In this document: one piece after another, positions 13,521 through 26,564 of the stretch
How positions within the stretch are numbered: the stretch's first letter is position 1
Layout: every line of letters starts with the position of its first letter
Assembly (NCBI RefSeq): GCF_006345805.1
Contig: NC_042999.1
Coordinates: 161,138,001-161,202,000 of the forward strand
Direction of reading: 5' to 3'
Origin: Octopus sinensis
Taxonomy: Eukaryota
Length of the DNA stretch: 64,000 nt
Position numbers and translations under genes: made by a program
The notes under the pieces: model-generated
The model's database searches: none
What the model saw: only the letters and a program-made list of their open reading frames with translations
Told to the model about the DNA's origin: nothing

Positions 13521-13937
13521 TCTTTTACTCTTTTACTCTTTTACTTGTTTCAGTCATTTGACTGCGGCCATGCTGGAGCACCGCCTTTAGTCGAACAAAT
13601 CGACCCCGGGACTTATTCTTTGTAAGCCCAGCACTTATTCTATCGGTCTCTTTTTGCCGAACCGCTAAGTGACAGCGACGTAAACACACCAGCATCGGTT
13701 GTCAAGCAATGCTAGGGGGACAAACACAGACACACAAACACACACACATATATATATATATATATACATATATACGACGGGCTTCTTTCAGTTTCCGTCT
13801 ACCAAATCCACTCACAAGGCTATGGTCGGCCCGAGGCTATAGTAGAAGACACTTGCCCAAGGTGCCACGCAGTGGGACTGAACCCGGAACCATGTGGCTG
13901 GTAAACAAGCTACTTACCACACAGCCACTCCTGCGCC
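13521..13937 (-). mobile_element. SINE family B
   Basis: Full reverse-complement copy. Confidence 0.9.
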
Positions 13938-13938
13938 G

Positions 13939-13977
<39 letters not shown>

Positions 13978-13996
13978 TATATATATATATATATAT

Positions 13997-14044
<48 letters not shown>

Positions 14045-14087
14045 TATATATATATTATATAATATATATATATATATACATACTATC

Positions 14088-14480
14088 AGCGCAAGCGTGG
14101 CTGTGTGGTATGAAGCTTGCTTCCCAGCCACTTGTTTCCGTGTTCAGTCCCACTGCGTGGCACCTTCGGCAAGTGTTTTCTATTGCTGCCTCGGGCTAAC
14201 CAAAGCCTCGTGAGTGGATTTGGTAGCTGAAAACTGAAAGAAGCACGTCATATGTGTGTGTGTCAGTGTTTGTCTTCACCACCATTTGACAACCGGTGTT
14301 GAGGTGTTTACGTATACGTAACTAAGCGGCTCGGCAAAAGAACCGATAGAATAAGTACCAGGCTTAAAGAAAAAAGAAAAAAATTAAGTACTGCCATCGA
14401 TTTATTTGACTAAAAGTTCTTCTAGGCGGTGCTCTGGATGTCCGCAGTCTAATGAATGAAACAGATAAACGATAAAAGTT
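14088..14480 (+). mobile_element. SINE family B, diverged variant
   Basis: GCGCAAGCGTGGCTGTGTGG head and a family B-like tail. Confidence 0.8.
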
Positions 14481-14770
14481 CATATATATATATATGAAGT
14501 CTTCTCTTTGTAAATGTATCCGTAGTCAAAACTTGCTCCTTTATAACTGGTGATATGAAGTGTCATGAGCGAAATCACTAGACCCATTAATGTATGAAAT
14601 TTCATTTTTGGCCTACAATTAATTCAATGAAACTACCAAGAAATACAAACAGTATGGATGATTGGATGAGAATGCCATGAAAGGAACACATTCTTATGAC
14701 ACCCTATCACGTATATGTATGTATGTATGTGTGTGTGTGTGTGTCCAAGCGTGTATATATATATAAAAAT

Positions 14771-14808
<38 letters not shown>

Positions 14809-14809
14809 C

Positions 14810-15302
14810 TTATAAGTAAGGGCTAAAGAAAATTATTTCAATGCCAATATGCTGATAACGGACTATCAAATCGCCAATTTCCTATATTAGTAGTAGACTT
14901 ATTACTACTCGCTACAGGGACTCGTAACCACTATAACCTGTAGTGGGGAACAGTCAACACGTTGTACTGAGGCTGACCAAAGAATTTTATTTTTAGATAT
15001 ATCTGGGGTACTTAAAGGTACTCATGATTTTTGCTTCGGCTTTTTCCATGGGCGCATGTAAGTATCTTATTTATATCATTTCGTAAGTTCTACTGAGGAG
15101 GAAAGAATCTTTTATGAGATTAATTCCGAAATTGATACAATATAGAAATAACGAACTTTTTAAAAATTCTATCGGCCGGCTTGCCGATTTCAGTTCTTGG
15201 TTTTTTTCTGTAGCGAGTAAATTATATGTGGAAATTGACGATTTAATAGTCTGTTATCAGCATATTAGCTTTGAAATAATTTTCTTTAGCCCTAACTTAT
15301 AA
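14810..15302. mobile_element. Non-coding element with about 95-110 bp terminal inverted repeats, enclosing a hammerhead ribozyme
   Basis: 14810-14917 (TTATAAGTAAGGGCTAAAGAAAATTATTTCAA...CTCGCTACAG) is the reverse complement of 15208-15302. Confidence 0.8.
15088..15147 (+). ncRNA. Complete type I hammerhead ribozyme
   Basis: Stem I TTCTA/TAGAA; CTGAGGA; stem II GGAA-ag-AATCT/AGATT-aa-TTCC; GAAA; stem III ATTG/CAAT; cleavage triplet AUA (site after 15142). Confidence 0.85.
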
Positions 15303-15398
15303 CGTGTTTATAATTTTAACCGTAAAGGTATTTTAATATGCTGCCACAATTTTTGATGGAATTTTTTACGGTAGAAAAAAAACTTCATCCTATATTAG

Positions 15399-15458
<60 letters not shown>

Positions 15459-15573
15459 GTTATATTCCGGAATGGTCATATTGCCAGTTTAGCCAATAAA
15501 AACACGCACTATATATTTGGTGTTATTTTGCTTCAGTGATATTTATTTTTTACATTAATCTTAATCTTATTTC

Positions 15574-15619
15574 GGCCAAAGTTCTTTCGTCACAACTCCT
15601 GTGACCGCATCAGTGGTCC
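15574..15619 (-). ncRNA. Minimal hammerhead motif (A9>C), left arm
   Basis: Reverse complement of the 15648-15692 motif. Confidence 0.55.
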
Positions 15620-15647
15620 TTTGTTTTCTTCTCACTTATAAGTGAGA

Positions 15648-15692
15648 GGACCACTGATGCGGTCACAGGAGTGTGACGAAAGAACTTTGGCC
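15648..15692 (+). ncRNA. Minimal hammerhead motif (A9>C), right arm
   Basis: GGACCA-CTGATGC-G-GTCAC aggagt GTGAC-GAAA-GAACTT-TGGCC; the homologue at 20992 has canonical CTGATGA. Confidence 0.55.
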
Positions 15693-15868
15693 GAAATAAG
15701 ATTAAGATAATGTAAAAAATAAATATCACTGAAGCAAAATAACACCAAATATATAGTGCGTGTTTTTTTATTGGCTAAACTGGCAATATGACCATTCCGA
15801 AATATAACAATATCTGTTTCAACACACGACTTCACATAAAAAATCTTGCACAACAAATATTTAAAATA

Positions 15869-15954
<86 letters not shown>

Positions 15955-16099
15955 CACACATAACTTAGATTTGAATTATAAGCAGCTCCATTAAAGTAAA
16001 CATTAATCCGTGTCACATATTTATTGTATGTGTTTTATTGATGCACTCATTAGCGGCGGGATTGTGTCAGGAGGAAAAGTTCCTTTCAGACGCCGAGAG

Positions 16100-16153
<54 letters not shown>

Positions 16154-16221
16154 TAATAATAATAATAATGATAACAATAATAATAATAATAATGATAATA
16201 ATTAATAATAGTAATAATTAA

Positions 16222-16689
16222 TAATAATCTCAGACCAATATAGTTTGTCAGAGATCATGAAGAAAAAAATGCTTTCTAATTGATGTATCAATACCGGCAG
16301 ATGACAACGTGTCCTAAAAGAAATGGAGAAACTCTCAAAATACAAAGACCTGGAAATAGAGGTAACTAGAATGTGGAACCTGAAAACAGAAACAATTCCT
16401 ATCATAGTAGGTGCATTAGGCATGATAAAAAAATATTCAGACAAATACATAACAAACACCAGGACTTACAAACACATATACATACAGAAATTGCACTACT
16501 AGGCACTGCACACATCCTACGCAGAACACTTTCCATACAATAACCATCAGAGCATCACAACAAATCACAGCACATACCCAAGGCACACAGAGCTGCGCTC
16601 GGTAGTGAAGTGAAAGCACGCTATAAAAATAAAACTACTGAATAATAATAATAATAATAATAATAATGATAATAATAATTGTAATAATA

Positions 16690-16742
<53 letters not shown>

Positions 16743-17293
16743 TAATAATAATAATAATAATATAATGATAACAATATAATAATAATAATGATAATAATAA
16801 TAATAATAGTAATAATATAATAATAATCTCAGACCAGATATAGTTGTCAGAGATCATGAAGAAAAAAATGCTTTCTAATTGATGTATCAATACCGGCAGA
16901 TGACAACGTGTCTCTAAAAGAAATGGAGAAACTCTCAAAATACAAAGACCTGGAAATAGAGGTAACTAGAATGTGGAACCTGAAAACAGAAACAATTCCT
17001 ATCATAGTAGGTGCATTAGGCATGATAAAAAAATATTCAGACAAATACATAACAAAAACACCAGGACTTACAAACACACATAAACATACAGAAATTGCAC
17101 TACTAGGCACTGCACACATCCTACGCAGAACACTTTCCATACAATAACCATCAGAGCATCACAACAAATCACAGCACATACCCAAGGCACACAGAGCTGC
17201 GCTCGGTAGTGAAGTGAAAGCACGCTATAAAAATAAAACTACTGAATAATAATAATAATAATAATAATAATGATAATAATAATTGTAATAATA

Positions 17294-17346
<53 letters not shown>

Positions 17347-17851
17347 TAATAATAATAATAATAATATAATGATAACAATAATAATAATAATAATGATAAT
17401 AATAATAATAATAGTAATAATAATAATAATAATCTCAGACCAGATATAGTTGTCAGAGATCATGAAGAAAAAAATGCTTTCTAATTGATGTATCAATACC
17501 GGCAGATGACAACGTGTCTCTAAAAGAAATGGAGAAACTCTCAAAATACAAAGACCTGGAAATAGAGGTAACTAGAATGTGGAACCTGAAAACAGAAACA
17601 ATTCCTATCATAGTAGGTGCATTAGGCATGATAAAAAAATATTCAGACAAATACATAACAAAAACACCAGGACTTACAAACACACATAAACATACAGAAA
17701 TTGCACTACTAGGCACTGCACACATCCTACGCAGAACACTTTCCATACAATAACCATCAGAGCATCACAACAAATCACAGCACATACCCAAGGCACACAG
17801 AGCTGCGCTCGGTAGTGAAGTGAAAGCACGCTATAAAAATAAAACTACTGA
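16222..17851 (+). mobile_element. Three tandem copies (period about 605 bp) of an R4/Dong LINE 3' end plus (TAA)n spacer
   Basis: RPDIVV...SKYKDLEIEVTRMWNLKTETIPIIVGALG repeated from about 16222, 16826 and 17432 with the same 5' truncation point. Confidence 0.9.
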
Positions 17852-17890
17852 ATAATAATAATAATAATAATAATAATGATAATAATAATT

Positions 17891-17931
<41 letters not shown>

Positions 17932-18025
17932 TATAATAATAATAATAATGATAATTTTAATGATAATAATAATAACAATAATAGTAATAATAATAATAAT
18001 TATTATAATAATAATAATAATGATA

Positions 18026-18056
<31 letters not shown>

Positions 18057-18389
18057 TAATAATTATAATAATAATAATAATAATATAATAATAATAATAA
18101 TGATAATAATAATAATAAGCAAAAAAACTAAAAAAAAACTGAATGCCTCAAACCAGGCAAGTCACACAAGATGAGAATTGTGAGGGGACAGAGAGGTACA
18201 TTAAGAAACTCCACTGACCTCTGTTTTCAATCAGTTTATTTTAAAGTTAAAAGGATACTTGAACCACCCTGTATAAGCAAAAGGTATCCTGACTGCACTT
18301 AGCTATAGAACAAATGAAATCTGAACTGTGACACAATATACACACACACACACACACACACACACTACAATATATATATATATATATAT

Positions 18390-18725
18390 ATACGAGCAAA
18401 ACGCCCCCCGTCCAATGGACGGTGCTGAGTTGTCAAACATTTAAACCAAATTTTCTCAAAACAATTTGTCCGACCGTCCCATAGGCTTCCCCTTTCAAAA
18501 ACACTGATTTAACCTAAATTTGAGACAAGCAAAAGAAGAAATAAAGATAGACTTTTTTCTATTCCAAAGAAAAACGGCTTTGTCGATCGCATTCTCACCT
18601 GGAATCGATTTTTGTAATTTTTTCAATACTTATACACGCCCTGATAGCGCCTGTATCTACATATCAATCGGATGAAGGATGCCTAAGATACTAGAAGACA
18701 CACAGACAGAACGGATTTTATATAA
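18390..18725. repeat. Probable non-autonomous Helitron/Helentron-type repeat
   Basis: Ends ACACACAGACAGAACGGATTTTATATAAT, resembling DINE/HINE-type termini; no ORF. Confidence 0.35.
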
Positions 18726-18749
18726 TGTATGAATGTATGTATGTATGTA

Positions 18750-19272
18750 TGTAACCCAGTACAACCTGTTGCATGGTCGGGTCATCGGCAACTAAACCGG
18801 CAACCCCACCAAGCTTGCTTGGTGAGGAGGGTGTTTATTGGACACCCTGCGGGATGAAAAACAAAACCCGTCAAAGGGCGGAGGAACTCTTGAGAGTCAA
18901 CGGCCATCCAATAAATGCCTTAAGGTTGTACATGCGCGGGGACATGGAAATAATTGGACTGAATACACAATCGCGCGATTAAACCATTGGGAGTGAAGGA
19001 CTCGTAGCCTTTGTTAAGGCATCCTTCTAGGAGAAGGTAACTCAGTTAACTGGGATAACTCCGATATAAAACCTGCGGCTCAGTGGTTACCGATGATGTT
19101 GACTTGTTCTTCTTTTCGGATTATGGCTGCTGTTGCTTAGTGAGTGGGATTGACTCAGTGCACAGCCTTTCCCCACTTTAAAAAAAATCTTCTTGCACAA
19201 GCATTGCACGATAACAACATTGATTAAGCTTCGTGCAATGGCCATACTCGATAATGAGGGGGTAGCCACCAT
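18750..19272 (+). mobile_element. Non-coding structured element resembling an RTE-clade 5' UTR, inserted in (TATG)n
   Basis: TTCTAGGAGAAGGTAACTC...AAAACCT motif like RTE 5' ends; several consecutive hairpins; flanked by ATGAATGTATGTATG on both sides. Confidence 0.45.
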
Positions 19273-20308
19273 GTATGAATGTATGTATGTATGTATGTAT
19301 GTATTATGTAGTATGTATGTATGTATGTTGTATGTATGTATGTAGTTTTAGTGGTGTGTGTATTTATGTATGTATGTATTTATGTATGTATGTAGTATGT
19401 ATGTATGTATGTATGTTATGTGTGTGGTGTATGTGTATGTTGTATGTATTGTATGTATGTATGTATGTATGTATGTATGTATGTATGTGTGTGTGTATGT
19501 GTATGTAACATGTATGTATGTATGTATGTATGTATGTGTGTGTGTATGTATGTATGTTTTATGTTGTATGTATGTATGTGTGTGTGTATGTGTATGTATG
19601 TATGTATGTATGAATGTTATGTATGTATGTATGTTGTTGTGTGTGTATGTGTATGTAGATGTATGTATGTATGATGTATGTTGTATGTGATGTATGTATG
19701 TATGTGTGTGTGTGTATGTGTATGTGTATGTAATGTATGATGTATGAATGTATGTATGTATGTATGTCTGTGTGTGTTGTATGTGTATGTATGTATGTAT
19801 GTATGTATGTATGTATGTATGTATGTATGTATGTATGTATGTATGTCCGCACATACATATATACATATATGCATGCATCTGTGTGTATGTGTGTTTGTAT
19901 AAATATACATGTGTAAATATGGCATATTCAAATAACATATTGTCGGAACAAAGCGTTCTGATTTATTTATCAGAGGACTTTAAAATGTTGGTATGTTGGT
20001 TATAACTTGGCAAAAACTGACAAGTCTACTTCTCCATTGGACCACGCAGACGACCAGTTTTGATGGGGCCTCAAGTACGAAATGATCTTTCAGCTGCATC
20101 TGGAAGATCATCGCATTTGACGCTGCTTCACCGGCATCCATTTTGCTGTCAGTTTTTATTTGCTTCATATTCCATCTCAGTCAAATGCTGTGTCTAGTCT
20201 CTTGTGCTTATGAATATGAATATCTGCATTATAGATCAATATAAGCATTACACATACAGATAAATGTATATATGTATATGTTTGCGTTTTATACACACAC
20301 ACACACAC

Positions 20309-20340
<32 letters not shown>

Positions 20341-20365
20341 ATATATATATTTGTGTGTGTATACA

Positions 20366-20417
<52 letters not shown>

Positions 20418-20706
20418 CAGGAATTCCAACTCTGTTTTTTATGTTTTATATATATTCTTAAATATTTACAGGATATAGAATATATAGTATAATTAAAATA
20501 TATATAGTAAAATGAAATGAAGTATTGATTGTCTTATTGAATAAATGAAATATTGAATATCAAATATTAAGGGACTAGTATACTTTCTTGCATTAAAGCA
20601 GTCTTCAAGGTCCCAGATAGTGACAAGAGTGTTTCATATATATGTATATATACATATCCATATATTATGTATATACATATATATATGCAATATATATATA
20701 TATATC

Positions 20707-20763
<57 letters not shown>

Positions 20764-20768
20764 TATAC

Positions 20769-20815
<47 letters not shown>

Positions 20816-20816
20816 C

Positions 20817-21035
20817 GTTTATATATTTGCTTTGCAAGATTTTTGATGAGAAATCGTGTTTTGAAACAGACATTGTTGTATTTCGGAATGGTCATTTTGC
20901 TCGTTTAGCCAATAAAAACACACGCACTATATATTTGGTGTTAATTTGCTTCAGCGTTATTCATTTTTTACATTAATCTTAATCTTATTTCGACCAGTTC
21001 TTTCGTCACACTTCTGTGACCTCATCAGTAGTCCT
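20817..21035 (-). repeat. Third copy of the 15.45-15.81 kb repeat, with a hammerhead motif at 20992-21034
   Basis: Minus strand GGACTA-CTGATGA-G-GTCAC agaagt GTGAC-GAAA-GAAC-TGGTC; stem III region is 2 nt shorter than in the 15.6 kb copies. Confidence 0.8.
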
Positions 21036-21285
21036 TTGCTTTCTTCTTTCTTATTTGTGTGTCTCTCCTTACTAACGGTCAGCCATTTTGTATTTTGTAT
21101 TCCTACTGTATGTGTCCTCATTTGCGCATGCGTATACCTCTATGCGTGTCTATGTTTAGTTAGTGTGTGTGGGGGGAGGAATTGCCTGTAATATTTGTAT
21201 CTCCTGTTTATATACGTTCGTGTAATTTGTTTTTCTTGTTTTTTGTTTTTGTTTATTTTTATTTTGTTCCTGTGTTTACACCTAC

Positions 21286-21316
<31 letters not shown>

Positions 21317-21319
21317 GGA

Positions 21320-21710
21320 ATTTTATGATTCAGTGTGACCATGTGATAGAGAATAGGAAGTCAGACAGTCTTATTTTTATTATTATTATTATTAATGTAT
21401 ATAGTTATTTACTTCCATTTGTTTATTTATCTGTGTATTTAATTATGTTTTTAGTTTTGTTTATATTGTTACCAGTTTATGGGGATCTTCTTCTGTCATA
21501 TGGTGTGGTGTGTGCTAGTGTTCCATTCCAGTTTCCTATTCAGGCTAGGTTTATCTTCTATTATGTGTGTAGCTACCGTAATTTGTCTAATTGTTGCGTC
21601 TGGGAGCTATGGAAGCTATGCCAACACTATGGAATAACAACAGGAAAAAGATGGTATAGGCACACGACAGAAAAGGTCACCGAAAATGAGAAAGCAACAA
21701 TACTATGGGA
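21320..21710 (+). mobile_element. Scrambled R4/Dong LINE fragments
   Basis: MIQCDHVIENRK and HWKLCQHYGI-like...KVTENEKATILW peptides. Confidence 0.65.
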
Positions 21711-21724
21711 GGAGCTGCTGTTGC

Positions 21725-24050
21725 TTCTTTTCTACTGTGGCCAAAGACTGGCCAAAATCATCATTCCGAATTTAGGAAGATCGTCCGTATTGCAAGATCG
21801 CGATTTTTTCGAACCATCACGGCGACTCCGCCTTCCGCTCCAGGACTACTTGGAGATGCGTACACCTTATAGTCACCGAAAATAGTTGGAAGACCCATGA
21901 GTCAGAAATTCTTGTTTCACTAATGGCCACCACGTCAACATTCAGAACCTTGAGGTCGTTGAACAGATGACCCCGCTTCCAAGGCGACCCCAAGCCGCGT
22001 ACATTCATGCTAGCTATTTTATGCATAACCATGTTGTCGAAAAAGAAAAGTAAAGGAAAACTTACTTGATTTTTGTATGGAAGGGCCGGTTGCTCGTCCT
22101 TCCTGTTGGCTTGGGTGTTTCCAGGAGCAAATCACTAAGAATTCTCTCGGTGATATTCCCTCGTAAATCTCCGATTTCCTGTAGGAGTTGAGTTTTTAAG
22201 TGAGTATATGTGTTTTGTGTTGTTTGAATGATATGTATGTGTGAAGGTCGGGAGATTGCGGATGTGACAAAAATCTTGTGTAATGTTTGTGTGTGTTATG
22301 TACTTCATAAATTTATTGTTTTGTGCTTATTGCCATATAGTTTGTAATGCTAGTCTCTTTAATTTGTGCTTGTTGTGGTTGCTGTTGTTCATGCTGTTGT
22401 CGTTTTTGTTGATGCGGTTATGTGTGTGGGATGGCTTGTGTTTCAGGTGTTAGAGATGGTGGTGTCGATGCGGTCTTTGTTTTGGGTGTATTTGTTTTTG
22501 TTGGGTTTATATCTTTTTCTCTCTACTTCTAATGTGGACGAGGATTGTTGTTGTTTTTCCACGTTTTATTTTTCTTTCTGTCGCTTTTCAATCTTTTTGT
22601 TTTTAACTTCCACTCCTCATCGCGGTCCGATTCTCCATCTGTGATCTCCACGCACTCCGCATCGGAAGTGGAATATCTTCGGGCGCTGAGAAGTGTTTGG
22701 GGAGACTCGGTGTCGGTATGGTCGTTGGAGTTTGTGCTCCCATGGCTGAATCTGCTGATGGTGATGACGCTGCCGCTGTTGTCACTCGAGTTCCGCTGGC
22801 TGTTGTTGATATAAGGAGATGAGGTGCCCGTCTTTCTTTTTCCTTCAGTCTAGGGCAGAAAGCTTTTAAATGATTAGTCGAAAAGCAAATGTGGCACTTT
22901 GCTTTCCTTCCATCCACCCTGACTGGAATTATGCTGGAATTCCCCAGGAAGATGAATGTGGTCTGGGATGAGATCCACATTCTTTTGGGTCTTCTGGATG
23001 AAGAGTTCTATCGTCATCCCAGACCAGTTCTCCCTTTTTTGGTCTGATAGGCTTCAAGGATTTTCGAGTTTTCCTCGATATCTATTGTTACTGCAGCAAT
23101 TAGCCGAGGAATGACTATTTCTGGCGGCACCTGTTGAAGCAACAGCAGCTCCTCGCTTTTCAGGGGATTCAGAGAGTGACAATTCACTCCCTCCTCTGTG
23201 CAGAATCTGCCCGTCACCATTCCATAGCCCTTTCTTCTCTGTATATATTCCTTTAGATTCCATACGGAACCTTAAGCTTTTAAGTCTCTGTGGATCTTTC
23301 TACCATCCTGTATTTTAATCCGATTGTATGGTACCTCACTGTGCGACGGATTGTATCCTGGATAGTGTCAAGTAAAGTATTTAGCTTTACAGCTAGTCCG
23401 CCTCTCTCAACTAGCTGTCTGACATTTTTAAGTTCCTCTTCAGAGAATGCAGTTCTCTGCGAAGGAAAGTTTAGAGCTATTCCAAGCCGCTGCACCGGCT
23501 TCTTTCTCGTTCCATCGTTGTTTTTATCATTGTTGTTGTTGTTTTTGCTACTGCTGCTGCTGTTGTCGCTGTTGTTGTTGTCGTTGTTGTCACCTCCGCT
23601 ATTGTTGTTGTTAGATGTTAGTGGTGCTGCTGATGTTGATGTTGTTGCTGTTACTTGTACTTGCATCGTCCGTCGCTTCGCTCACAGAAGGAACCTCGTT
23701 GTTTACATTTTCATAAAAGCTGTTTTTACTTTGAACAATGTTGTCGAAAAGGGAGCTGTTGTTTTTCCAAGATCCTTTAAGAGATCTTTCTCGAAAGAAT
23801 TGACCCTGTTTTCTTTTTCAACAAAGATTCGTACAACTATCATCTGGGTTTTTTTCTCTTCTATTGCGCCATCGTTCAACACTTTCGCACTCTCTCCCCT
23901 TCTCTCACATGTGAACATCAGCGCGTTTTGTTGTGCTTTCTCCATGTTCATGGGGAAAACGCAAACAGCTTTTGACTGAAAAAGAAAATCAGTTGACCGG
24001 TCCCCCAAAACTGGAGGACAAAACACGAAAATGAACTTACCACTTGACAA
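21725..24050 (-). mobile_element. 5' portion of an L1/Tx1-clade LINE: frameshifted ORF1 with a gag-like zinc knuckle and the start of the ORF2 AP endonuclease
   Basis: CHICFSTNHLKAFC (CX2CX4HX4C); ORF2 start MVMHKIASMNVRGL...VDVVAISETRI at 22032. Confidence 0.85.
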
Positions 24051-24202
24051 AAATTAACTTGTTGTCCACGATGGTACAACTTAAAGGGTGCAAATACACG
24101 TATTATGTGCTTTTGTTTATAAAATCCACGGAGCGAGATCAATTGAGGCTTGACAGGCTGACAACCATAAACAATAATAATAATAATAATAATAATAATA
24201 AT

Positions 24203-24269
<67 letters not shown>

Positions 24270-24271
24270 TA

Positions 24272-24306
<35 letters not shown>

Positions 24307-24309
24307 TAT

Positions 24310-25950
24310 GTTTGATTTTTGCTTTATGTCTGTACAAGTTGGCTCCAAGTCTCACCCAGAGACCTCCAGAGACAACAGGCTGGAAGTTCACGTTGTTGTT
24401 ATGCCTAGTGTGCCATATATTTGGGTTTTTTTTTTTGTGGTGTTGTACTAATGAATGTCTGATAAATAAATTTAAAAAAAAGTTTGTTTTAAACCTTGGG
24501 ATTACATAGAGAGTATTTTGCGTAGGATATGAGCAGTTCCCATGAGCACTATCTTTTGAATTTCTGCCATTTTGGGGTTTCCTGGTATCTGAGTTAGGTA
24601 GCAATCAGCCCTTTTCGCTATCATTCCCAGGGCATCTATGACAACAGGTATTGTTTTAGTCTTCAGGTTCCACATTTTGCTGATTTCTATTTCAAGATCT
24701 TTATATTTGCTCAGTTTTTGATAGGTCTTGACAGATACGTTTATATCGATTGGGGCAGTCATATCAATGAGGAGGCATGTTCTTTGTCTGAAGTCTTTCA
24801 ATATGATGTCTGGCCTATTTGCATCTATCTTTCTGTCAGTTTGAATGGTGAAGTTCCAGAGGAGTGAGATGTGGTCATTTTCAAGCACTGGAGGTGGATT
24901 ATGTTCCCACCAGTTTTTTTCATGGGGCAAATCCTGGTTTTTGCAAATTACCCAGTGAATATATCGTGCAGCTCTATCATGCCTGTTGAGGTACTCTGTA
25001 GGCGCTAGAAGACTGTATCTGGAGACAACATGATCAATGGTTTCATTTTGTTGTCGGCATACACGACATGTTGGGCTACTGCCGTTCTTTAATATGTTGG
25101 CCTGGTAGTTTCTTGTTGGTAGGCATTGATCTTGAGCTGCTAAGATAAACCCTTCTGTTTCAGATTTTAAGCCAGAGGCCATTAGCCATTGATGGGTCAG
25201 GGCTTTGTCAATATCTGCATTATTCGCTCTCTTTGGGTATTTGCCATAGAGAGGTTTTTCTTGCCATTTATTATTCAGAATATCTAAGGCCGCAGTTTTG
25301 GCACGGGTTTTCATGCGCCTAGCTTTTTCTCTGCTTGTTTCTTGTATGTCAATCTCTAATTCCGAAATTTGTTGTATTCGGAATTCACTTAGATATTCCT
25401 TTGCCTGTTTTGTTATTGAGTATGATGCTTTCTTGTTTTCATGTTTTGAGACATGTTTTAACATCCAGTCCTCAGACCTTTTCAGGTAGGTGTCTAGGCC
25501 AATTGTAGCAATCTTCATTGTTATTGCCAGTTGTAAAAGACCACGGCCTCCCTATTTTCTTGGCAGATAAAGTCGTTCTGTATCTGCCTTAGGGTGGTGC
25601 ATTCTATGCATTTTACAGTTTTCGTATTTTTCTGTCGAGCTGACATATTTCAGTAATTGACCAGTTAACGATATTGAAACAGTAAGTCACGACTGGTATG
25701 GCTAATGCATTGATCGCTTCGATCTTGTTTCTTGCATTCAGCTCTGTCTTGAGTATTGCTCTCATTCTTCGATAACATTCTCTCCTGATCCTTTCCTTCA
25801 TCTCTGAATGCCTTATTCCGTTCCCTTCAATTACCCTTAGGTACTTGCAGCTCTCCGCTGGGTCTAGTTACTGGGTCAAGGTTAGCGTTAGATGTTTCTG
25901 TCATTTTTCCTTTGATAACGGTAGCTTTTGCAGATTTATCGAGGCCGAAT
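24310..25950 (-). mobile_element. R4/Dong-clade LINE 3' part with a 338-aa open C-terminal region (24502-25518)
   Basis: CRVCRQQNETIDHVV, RPDIILKD...LIDMTAP, KYKDLEIEI; (TAA)n tail at about 24200-24305. Confidence 0.92.
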
Positions 25951-25999
25951 TGCATTATTATTATTATTATTATTATTGTTGTTGTTGTTGTTGTTGTTG

Positions 26000-26201
26000 T
26001 TTCAAATTTTGCCACAAGGGGAGCCATTTTGGTGAGGGGATGAGTCAATTACATCGACCCCAATGTTCAACTGCTACTTATTTTATCGACCCCGAATGAT
26101 GAAAGACAAAGTCGACATCGGCTGAATTTGAACACAGAACGTAACGACGGGCGAAATACTGCTAACGATTCTACCAATTCGGCACCTTAATAATAATAAT
26201 G

Positions 26202-26246
<45 letters not shown>

Positions 26247-26560
26247 TAATAATAATAATCATAATAATAATAATATTAATAATAATAATAATAATAAGAA
26301 GAAGAAGAAGAAGAACAGCAACAACAATAACAACAATAACAATAACAATAATAATAATAATAATGGTGATGATGATGAATCCGACGACGACAATAACAAC
26401 AACAACAAAGATGATGATGATGAGGAGGAGAAGGATAATCTGGGGAAGGGGACTAATCGATTACATCGATCCCAATGCTCGACTGGTACTTTATTTATCG
26501 ACCCCGAAAGGATGAAAGGCAAAGTCGACCGCGCTGGAATTTGAACTAAGAACGTAAATG
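26000..26560 (-). mobile_element. Two partial SINE family A copies separated by (TAA)/(GAA)/(GAT) tracts
   Basis: ACATCGACCCC...GAAAGGCAAAGTCGAC...GAACGTAA motifs. Confidence 0.75.
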
Positions 26561-26564
26561 GTGA

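Larger units (their letters stand above)
15454..15813. repeat. About 360-bp palindrome of a hammerhead-bearing repeat
   Basis: Arms at about 15454-15619 and 15648-15813 are reverse complements; small hairpin CTCACT-TATA-AGTGAG at the apex. Confidence 0.9.

Noticed and set aside
16222-17851. Regular repeat-spacer pattern suggesting a CRISPR array
   Set aside because: Units are about 600-bp LINE ends with microsatellite spacers in a eukaryotic genome
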